Shown here: positions 57,716-64,000 of the stretch, piece after piece
How the letters are laid out: each line of letters starts with the position of its first letter
Numbering within the stretch: position 1 is the first letter of the stretch
Source of the DNA: Treponemataceae bacterium
Lineage (GTDB): Bacteria; Spirochaetota; Spirochaetia; Treponematales; Rectinemataceae
Length of the DNA stretch: 64,000 bases
NCBI GenBank assembly: GCA_963678065.2
Contig: CAXXVZ010000003.1
Coordinates: forward strand, 1,120,001-1,184,000
Reading direction: 5' to 3'
Made by a program: the position numbers and the translations under genes
The notes under the pieces: generated by a model
What the model was told of the DNA's origin: nothing
Database searches by the model: none
The model's input: only the letters and a program-made list of their open reading frames with translations

Positions 57716-58531
57716 TTAGTAGATACCCTTGCGGTAGTTGGTCAGCTTTGCCCTGAGCCGGATGATGGCCTTGGTGTGGAGCTGGCTGATCCGGGATTCC
57801 GTGACCTCGAGGACCTGGCCGATCTCCTTCAGGGTGAGATCTTCGTAATAGTAGAGGACGAGCACGGTTTTTTCTTTTTCGGGCAGCTCGTTTATTGCCT
57901 GGACGACGACCTTCCGGATGGCTTCCCGCTCCACGGAGGCGTCCGGGTTCATGCTCACCGGAGATTCGATGCTGTCCCCGAGGGAGAGCTGTTCGTCTTC
58001 GGTGCCCGAATACCAGACCTCGTTGAGGGAGAGGATGGCGGTTCCGGATATCTTGAGCATGGTCTTCCCGAATTCTTCTTCGGAGATGCCCATGGAGACC
58101 GCGATCTCCTGGTCGGTCGCCGGACGCCCGAGCCGGCCCTCCAGTTTCGCGACCGCTTCCTCGATCTCGCGCGTTTTCTGGCGGACGGAGCGGGGTATCC
58201 AGTCGATGGCGCGCAGCTCGTCGAAAATTGCGCCGCGTATGCGGGTCACCGCGTAGGTCTTGAACTTGACGTGCTTGCTCGGGTCGAATTTGTCGATCGC
58301 GTCGATGAGGCCGAAAACGCCGTAGCCTACGAGATCCTCGAACTCGACCTGGTTGGGCATGCCCGCGGCAACTTTGCCCGCCACATATTTGACGAGGGGC
58401 GCGTACTGGCGGATGAATGCTTCCCGTATGGCGGGATCGCGAGTCTTGAAATAACGGGGCCAGAGTTCTTCTTCGGTCAAGTGGCTCGTCGGGGTGTCAG
58501 TTTTTCGGTATGAACGAAGATCGCTATCCAC
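57716..58531 (-). CDS. fliA: RNA polymerase sigma-28 factor (FliA/WhiG)
   Basis: YAPLVKYVA, GLIDAIDKFD, RIRGAIFDELR, DWIPRSVR, LTLKEIG, ESRISQLH. Confidence 0.95.
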   Translation of the reverse strand: MDSDLRSYRKTDTPTSHLTEEELWPRYFKTRDPAIREAFIRQYAPLVKYVAGKVAAGMPNQVEFEDLVGYGVFGLIDAIDKFDPSKHVKFKTYAVTRIRGAIFDELRAIDWIPRSVRQKTREIEEAVAKLEGRLGRPATDQEIAVSMGISEEEFGKTMLKISGTAILSLNEVWYSGTEDEQLSLGDSIESPVSMNPDASVEREAIRKVVVQAINELPEKEKTVLVLYYYEDLTLKEIGQVLEVTESRISQLHTKAIIRLRAKLTNYRKGIY

Positions 58532-58552
58532 GTGTTTCCGGCCCTCCTCTCG

Positions 58553-59446
58553 CTAGAGTAGGCTCAAACCGGAGCCGCCGTCAAGTTCGGAAACGATCCT
58601 GGCATCGTTATCGCGCGCATGTTTCGCCCGGAAGGGCTGTCTGCCGCGTTCCAGTCGTTCGGCGAAGTGGACGAGCGAGAGCGCCGTCCTCGATCCGGGT
58701 TCCGATTCGACGAGAGGAATGTCTTCGGGACCGGAACCCATGGCAGCCCGTTCCGGGTGGGTGAAGACGCAGCCCCGGTATTCGACGACGGGCGCGCCGA
58801 GTCCCGGAGCGCAGGCTTTCATGACTGCGAGGGCCGTGTTCCGTCCCTCGGCGATGGAGTCAACGCAGTTCACGGCGAGGCGCAGGGCGGGGATCCCGTA
58901 TTCCTGCACCGACGAGAGGAGGTTGATGAAGCCCGCGGCCTCCCTGAGGCCGGAAGCTCCCGGCAGGGCGAGGACGACGGGCTCATCGGCGGCGCGGATG
59001 ACCCGGAGGGAGATATGGGACACTCCGGCCGGCAGGTCGACGATGAGGAGATCCCTGGACTGGGGCGGACTCGCCCTCCCGGCTCCGGAGGGGGCAAAAG
59101 CCATAGCCATTCCGATGGTCCCGGCCGCGCCGGAGGCGAACTCGCCCTTCCCGCCCGAATCCCTCAGGTTCCGCGAATCGCTCAGGTTCCGCGAATCCCT
59201 CGAGGCGAGAATCCCGCTGATCTTCGCCTCGTCGCTCCCGTCTACAAGGAAGACCCGGTAACCTTTCCGGGAGAAGACGGAGGCGAGATTCCTGCACAGA
59301 CTGCTTCTGCCTGCCCGCGCGAGACCGGAGGCGAGCGCGATGAACCAGGCATCGCCCTCAAGGGAAGGCGGAGAGCCTCCAGGGGATGATGGCGAGGGAT
59401 GGCGCATACCGACCAGATCGCGCAAAAACTGTGCCTGGTCTTCCAT
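58553..59446 (-). CDS. flhG: FlhG/FleN-like MinD-family protein with degenerate P-loop
   Basis: MEDQAQFLR start, position between flhF and fliA, DLLIVDLPAGV; Walker A reads SGLARAGRSS. Confidence 0.7.
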   Translation of the reverse strand: MEDQAQFLRDLVGMRHPSPSSPGGSPPSLEGDAWFIALASGLARAGRSSLCRNLASVFSRKGYRVFLVDGSDEAKISGILASRDSRNLSDSRNLRDSGGKGEFASGAAGTIGMAMAFAPSGAGRASPPQSRDLLIVDLPAGVSHISLRVIRAADEPVVLALPGASGLREAAGFINLLSSVQEYGIPALRLAVNCVDSIAEGRNTALAVMKACAPGLGAPVVEYRGCVFTHPERAAMGSGPEDIPLVESEPGSRTALSLVHFAERLERGRQPFRAKHARDNDARIVSELDGGSGLSLL

Positions 59447-59448
59447 GC

Positions 59449-60648
59449 TCAGAATCCTCCTGCCTGTCCGGAGGAAGCAGTCCGGTTGCCCGGCTTCGTC
59501 GCCGGCCGCTCGATGCGGTCGGCGAGTCTGTCGGCCCGTGCCCGCTCGATATCCTGGGGGACCCTCTGCCCCGTCGTGATGTAGGAGAGAGGGACTCCGC
59601 GCGCGGCAAGGGCGGAAATGGCATTGCCGATCCTGGCGGTTTCGTCGACCTTGGTCAGGACCACCGCGCGATAGCCGAAAACCGAGAAGGACTCCAGCGT
59701 TCTCTCCATGTCCGAGGTCTTCATCGTGGCGGAGATCGCGAGGTGGACCTCGGCTTCCGGGCCGCAGGCCGCGATGACTCTCTGCATGTCCGCGAGGCGG
59801 GAGAGATCGCCCGGGCTCTTTCCGATCGTATCGACGAGAATGAGTCCCGATTCCTGGCAGAGCGAGAGGGTCTTGTAGAGATCGTCCGCCGTCTCGACGC
59901 CGGAGACGGGGACACCCATGATGTCGCCGTAAGTCTCGATCTGCTGTCTCGCGCCGATGCGGTAGTTGTCTATGGTGATCATCTGCACGGGTTCGCGCTT
60001 CTCGCCGCCGATGCCCACAGAGTGGATGGCGGCGAGTTTGGCTATCGTCGTCGTCTTCCCCACCCCGGTCGGCCCGACCAGGATGAAGATCCTGCGCCGG
60101 CCTGCGGCGGGAGCTGACCAGATCCCTATTCCCTCGCGGATCCAGCCGATGACAGTCGCCTCGACGAAGCCGGGGTCGGAGAGCCTCTCCATGGAAAAAC
60201 TCTGCGCCACGCGGGCCATGATCCCGTCCTCGTAGGCCTGTGAAAACTCGTTGTGGCGCAGGAGCGATCTGACCCTGGCCATGCTGGGATGCTCGGCTCC
60301 CGCTTCCGCCTTTTCGGCGCCCTTGGTCTCCTCGATGCTCTCGCGGAGCTTTTTCACTTCGGCGAGGACGGACTGGATGGCCTGATCGGCTTTAGCCTGG
60401 GAAAGAATGCGACGCTTGCGCTCCTCGAGGTCATCCTTCTCGTCCTGGCTCGGAGCCGTCTTCCGGGCGACGCCGTCTTCCTCCCGGACATAGCCCGTCA
60501 CCTCGATGCCCTCCTTCGCGAAAAGCCCGAGAAAGCCGCCCATGCGTATTGTCTTGTGGGAGACGATCTGGGCCGCGTTTCCGTATTTTGCCCTCACTTT
60601 TTCGAGAGCCTCGCGCCGGGACGGCGCCTGTTCGGTAAAATATTGCAT
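59449..60648 (-). CDS. flhF: flagellar SRP-family GTPase FlhF
   Basis: GPTGVGKTTTIAKLAA, DNYRIGA, DTIG, TKVDE, GQRVPQD. Confidence 0.95.
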   Translation of the reverse strand: MQYFTEQAPSRREALEKVRAKYGNAAQIVSHKTIRMGGFLGLFAKEGIEVTGYVREEDGVARKTAPSQDEKDDLEERKRRILSQAKADQAIQSVLAEVKKLRESIEETKGAEKAEAGAEHPSMARVRSLLRHNEFSQAYEDGIMARVAQSFSMERLSDPGFVEATVIGWIREGIGIWSAPAAGRRRIFILVGPTGVGKTTTIAKLAAIHSVGIGGEKREPVQMITIDNYRIGARQQIETYGDIMGVPVSGVETADDLYKTLSLCQESGLILVDTIGKSPGDLSRLADMQRVIAACGPEAEVHLAISATMKTSDMERTLESFSVFGYRAVVLTKVDETARIGNAISALAARGVPLSYITTGQRVPQDIERARADRLADRIERPATKPGNRTASSGQAGGF

Positions 60649-60662
60649 GTCCTGCCTTTTGT

Positions 60663-62900
60663 TCAGTCTGGGAGAGCGATTTCCGCGATTGTCCGGACCC
60701 GCGCCTCGGGCGGGAGTTCCTGGCTCGACAGCACGCAGAGTCCCGGGAAGCGCCGTTCGGTGGCGGCGCGCGCGAGGGCCCTGACCTGGCCGGGACAGAC
60801 CAGGACAGCCTCGTCGGGCTCAAGCCCCGATTCAGCGAGACGCCCATCAAGCGAGTTCAGGAAGGCTTCGTGTCGCTCCGGCTCGAGTCCCGGCCTCGGC
60901 CCGGAATCGGTCCGGACTGCGCTCGCTGCGAGTTCGCGCGCGAGGGCCGGCGAGAGGGTGAAGACATCGAGAATCCCGTCCCTCTCCTCCGCGTCGCGGC
61001 CCGCGGCTCCGCCGTCGTCGTGCACTCCGCTCCCTCCTGCCGGCCGACCCCGCCGTTCCAGGCAGGCCAACCATATCTGACGGCCGAGAGCCTGTCGAGC
61101 CTTTTCGGCGAGAAAGGTATAATCTTTGACTTGTCCTGGGTAGTCGGCGAGGGTTTCGAAGATGACGACCGTATTCCGGATCGAGACTTTCTCGCGCAGG
61201 AGGATCTGGAGGACGCGCTGGACATCGCCGAGGGAATGGGCGGAGAGAAGGCCGGACACGACGGCCGGATAGTCCTTCCTGAGATCCTCCGTGAGGGACT
61301 GGACTTCCTGCCTGCCGAGAAAATCGGCCGTCCGCGCGCGCATGGCCCCGGAGAGTAGGTCGAGGATGATTTCCCTGTGGGTCGAGACGGTGAAACCCTG
61401 GCTCTCGGCCTTCGCCCGGTTCGACGCGGAAATCCAGAACGCATCCTTTCCCGTCCGCGGGTCCCGGACGGGGTCGGCGGGGATGTCTACAGGCATGCTT
61501 CCCGCGGGGCCCGCGGCGAGAAGGCGGCCGGGTTTCAGCATCCCTCCGGAAATTCTGTCGCCGCGTATCCTCACGGTGTAGGCGTAGCTCGCGAGTTTGG
61601 GCGAGTCGAGGACGCGCAGCGGTGGTATGGGCACGCCGGTTTCGAGGCTGAGTTCGGCGCGGATCGCCGTGACACGCCCGATGAAGCCCGTTCCTGTGTC
61701 CGGAACCTCCCCCTCATCCAGCGCGAGGTGGACGAGGCCGTAGCCGAGTTCGAGGCAGAAGGGCTCAGGCGGCGCGACGGACGAGAATACCTGCGTCCCG
61801 CCACCGCCAGAAAGGCCTCCTGAGGGGATGGCGGCGAAGCCCCCGGCTTCGGGCTTGCTTGCGGCGAAAGCTCTTCCGGGGGAATCAGCCTCAGAAGAAG
61901 TCCGGGACCGGGGACTGGATGAATCGCGGCGGTTCCCGCTGAGGCCGACATACCCGAAGACCGCGGCCATGGGCAGAAGGACATACCAGGGGAATCCGGG
62001 AAGGAAGGCCATGAGGGCGAGTATGGCTCCGGTCGCGGAGAGTATGCCTCCCCTGGCACCGAACTGGCCTCTGGCCTGAGAGACGAATGTGGTCTTTGAA
62101 TCCGCCTTGGTCACCACGATACCCGCGGCGACAGAGATGAGGAGGGCCGGCAATTGGGCGAGGAGTCCGTCCCCGATTGTCAGCCGCGTGTAGGTTTCGA
62201 GGGCTGTCGCGAAGTCTTCGCCGTGGAGGCTCATTCCGACGATGAAGCCCCCGACGATGTTGACCAGCGTGATGAGGACCGCGACTTTCGCGTTTCCGGA
62301 GACGAACTTGGAGGCACCGTCCATCTGGCCGTAAAAATCGGCTTCCTGACGGAGGGCGGCCTTGCGTCCCGCGGCCTCGGCCTGACTGATGGCCCCGGCG
62401 CTGAGCTCGGCGTCTATGGCCATCTGCCTTCCCGGCAACGCGTCGAGGGCGAAGCGGGCGGCTACTTCGGCGATGCGCCCCGAGCCTTTCGTGATGACGA
62501 TCAGCTGGACCGCGATGATGATGACGAAGATCATCGATCCCACGACGATTCCCTCCGCCCCACCCCCCGCGACAAAGGAACCGAAGGCGCGGATCAGCTT
62601 TCCGTCGAAGGATGAGCCCCGGAGGAGGATGAGTCTCGTCGAGGATATGTTGAGGGCCAGTCCCAGGACCGTGGCGAGGAGGAGGATGGTCGGGAAGACG
62701 GAAAAATCCGTCGCCTTGCGGACGCCGAGGGCCAGGAAGAAGATACAGAGAGCCAGGGCCAGCTGCAGCGCGAGGAAAAAATCGAGCAGAAAGGTCGGCA
62801 TTGGGATGAGGATCATGAAAACTACAGCGAGGACGGCCAGGGCCATCGCCGATTCGGCCCGGAACGGATTCTTGCGCCCGGATTCTGCCCTTTCGTTCAT
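60663..62900 (-). CDS. flhA: flagellar export gate protein FlhA (divergent cytoplasmic domain)
   Basis: FPTILL, LNISSTRLIL, RIAEVAARFALDALPGRQMAIDA, FYGQMDGASKFV, TIGDGL, LELGYGL. Confidence 0.93.
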   Translation of the reverse strand: MNERAESGRKNPFRAESAMALAVLAVVFMILIPMPTFLLDFFLALQLALALCIFFLALGVRKATDFSVFPTILLLATVLGLALNISSTRLILLRGSSFDGKLIRAFGSFVAGGGAEGIVVGSMIFVIIIAVQLIVITKGSGRIAEVAARFALDALPGRQMAIDAELSAGAISQAEAAGRKAALRQEADFYGQMDGASKFVSGNAKVAVLITLVNIVGGFIVGMSLHGEDFATALETYTRLTIGDGLLAQLPALLISVAAGIVVTKADSKTTFVSQARGQFGARGGILSATGAILALMAFLPGFPWYVLLPMAAVFGYVGLSGNRRDSSSPRSRTSSEADSPGRAFAASKPEAGGFAAIPSGGLSGGGGTQVFSSVAPPEPFCLELGYGLVHLALDEGEVPDTGTGFIGRVTAIRAELSLETGVPIPPLRVLDSPKLASYAYTVRIRGDRISGGMLKPGRLLAAGPAGSMPVDIPADPVRDPRTGKDAFWISASNRAKAESQGFTVSTHREIILDLLSGAMRARTADFLGRQEVQSLTEDLRKDYPAVVSGLLSAHSLGDVQRVLQILLREKVSIRNTVVIFETLADYPGQVKDYTFLAEKARQALGRQIWLACLERRGRPAGGSGVHDDGGAAGRDAEERDGILDVFTLSPALARELAASAVRTDSGPRPGLEPERHEAFLNSLDGRLAESGLEPDEAVLVCPGQVRALARAATERRFPGLCVLSSQELPPEARVRTIAEIALPD

Positions 62901-63700
62901 CGTCTCTCCCCTTCGCCTGTTTTCCTGATCGCCTGGGCGGCGATCCTGTCCCGCATGCGTCTGCGGATCATCGCCTTCTGCGCCGGATCGCCTTCCTCTC
63001 TCCGTTTCTCCTCGCGCAGCTGAGCCGGAGTCAGCTTGAGAGAATCGAAGAGGAGGCGCCGCCGGTACAGCCAGTCCGCGATGCCCGACACGAGGAGGAT
63101 GGCCGCACAGGCGAGGCCGAACTGCCCCGCGAGGGACAGTATACCCGAAAATGCCTCTCCGGGCTGATTTCCGGCCCCCGTCACGATCCGTCGCAATCCT
63201 GCGGGGAAGGTTGCGAGGGCGGCGACAAGGATGGCGACTGTGCGCAGGAAGGGGCGGATCGTCTCATAGAGTCTGCCCGGGCTCTCTGTTCGCCCGCGGC
63301 TCGCAGCACCGGATCGTCTGCCAAGACGCTGGAACTCGGGCTTCAGAGCCGCGGGGAATAGCCGGAATCCTGTCTGGACGAGCCCGGCAACGAGGGTCCC
63401 CGCGAAGATGGCGACGACCGGCAGGGCCGCGAGCCGGCAGAAATGCCCGAATCCCTGCGCGAAGGCTTCTTCGAGGCCATTCACCTTTCCGGCCGACGCG
63501 ACGGACCCCCAGAAGCTTTGGAACATGGTATCCGTCTCCCGCGCGGCGAAGGGAGCGCCGATGATGAGCGCGAGAATGCCCGCCGAAAGGCCTGCAGCTG
63601 CGGCGAGGTCGGCGCTGCAGGCGACCCGTCCTTCCTTTCGGGCCCGCTCGCGCAGTCCTTCCGAAGGCTCCTCCGTTCTTCCTTCGTCCTCCGATCTCAC
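62897..63700 (-). CDS. flhB: FlhB, C-terminally truncated (no NPTH cleavage site)
   Basis: GTG start overlaps the fliR stop; RTEEPS...ARKEGRV, QTGF, LREEKRREEGDP; stop overlaps the flhA start. Confidence 0.8.
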   Translation of the reverse strand: MRSEDEGRTEEPSEGLRERARKEGRVACSADLAAAAGLSAGILALIIGAPFAARETDTMFQSFWGSVASAGKVNGLEEAFAQGFGHFCRLAALPVVAIFAGTLVAGLVQTGFRLFPAALKPEFQRLGRRSGAASRGRTESPGRLYETIRPFLRTVAILVAALATFPAGLRRIVTGAGNQPGEAFSGILSLAGQFGLACAAILLVSGIADWLYRRRLLFDSLKLTPAQLREEKRREEGDPAQKAMIRRRMRDRIAAQAIRKTGEGERR

Positions 63701-64000
63701 AGTCGGCCTCCCGCGATACCGCGAAGGGCTGAGTAACCTGAATCGAGGATGGAGGCGAAGGCATCGAGGATCGAAGGCAGGGCGAGAGCCGTCACGACGC
63801 AGAAGACAAGGGCGGCGAGCGTGAATCCTCCGGAGAAGAAATTGAGCGAGGCCGCAGTCCGGGACAGGATTCCGGCGAGGATCCAGAAGAGGAGAAGGCA
63901 TCCCAGGACAGGAAGCGCCAGGGAAAAGGCCGAAGAGAACAGCCTTCCGGCCGCCCCGACGAGGGAGATGAAGACGGCTTCCCTCCGCGCGGCAAGATCG
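63697..64000 (-). CDS. fliR: flagellar export protein FliR (C-terminal part only)
   Basis: Manual translation ...LFSSAFSLALPVLGCLLLFWILAGILSRTAASLNFF...GGRL*; hydrophobic and directly upstream of flhB. Confidence 0.7.
   Translation of the reverse strand, partial: DLAARREAVFISLVGAAGRLFSSAFSLALPVLGCLLLFWILAGILSRTAASLNFFSGGFTLAALVFCVVTALALPSILDAFASILDSGYSALRGIAGGRL

Overview
This is a high-GC bacterial chromosomal segment, probably from a spirochaete (inferred from the Treponema-like FlhF and sigma-28 sequences). From left to right it holds: a partial Lhr helicase; a tryptophanase-family lyase; a preQ1-riboswitch-controlled yhhQ-queF salvage operon; a GH95 glycosidase; an amino-acid ABC binding protein and permease; and a WYL regulator, a HIRAN-domain protein and a tRNA-like structured RNA. 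Next comes a type I-C-like CRISPR-Cas locus with unusual order: a decayed cas3 stub, a lower-GC cas5-cas8(cas11)-cas7-cas3 block, then cas4-cas1-cas2. The array has about 150 spacers (estimated from length). It is split inside one repeat by an IS3-family element, which itself carries an IS110 element with a predicted bridge RNA inserted at its frameshift site. The right half holds a TRAP/URO-D/transaldolase catabolic cluster with AraC and GH31, a four-gene MFS-GNAT-ATP-grasp-PLP-decarboxylase cluster, a sugar ABC system with a DUF5060/DUF4038-type protein, thpR, and a divergent flagellar export region (fliR, truncated flhB, flhA, flhF, degenerate flhG, fliA). The best candidates for novelty are the WYL-HIRAN-tRNA-like RNA module beside the Cas operon and the IS110 bridge RNA apparently programmed against an IS3 slippery site. 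All calls come from reading motifs by eye; no database searches or folding programs were run.
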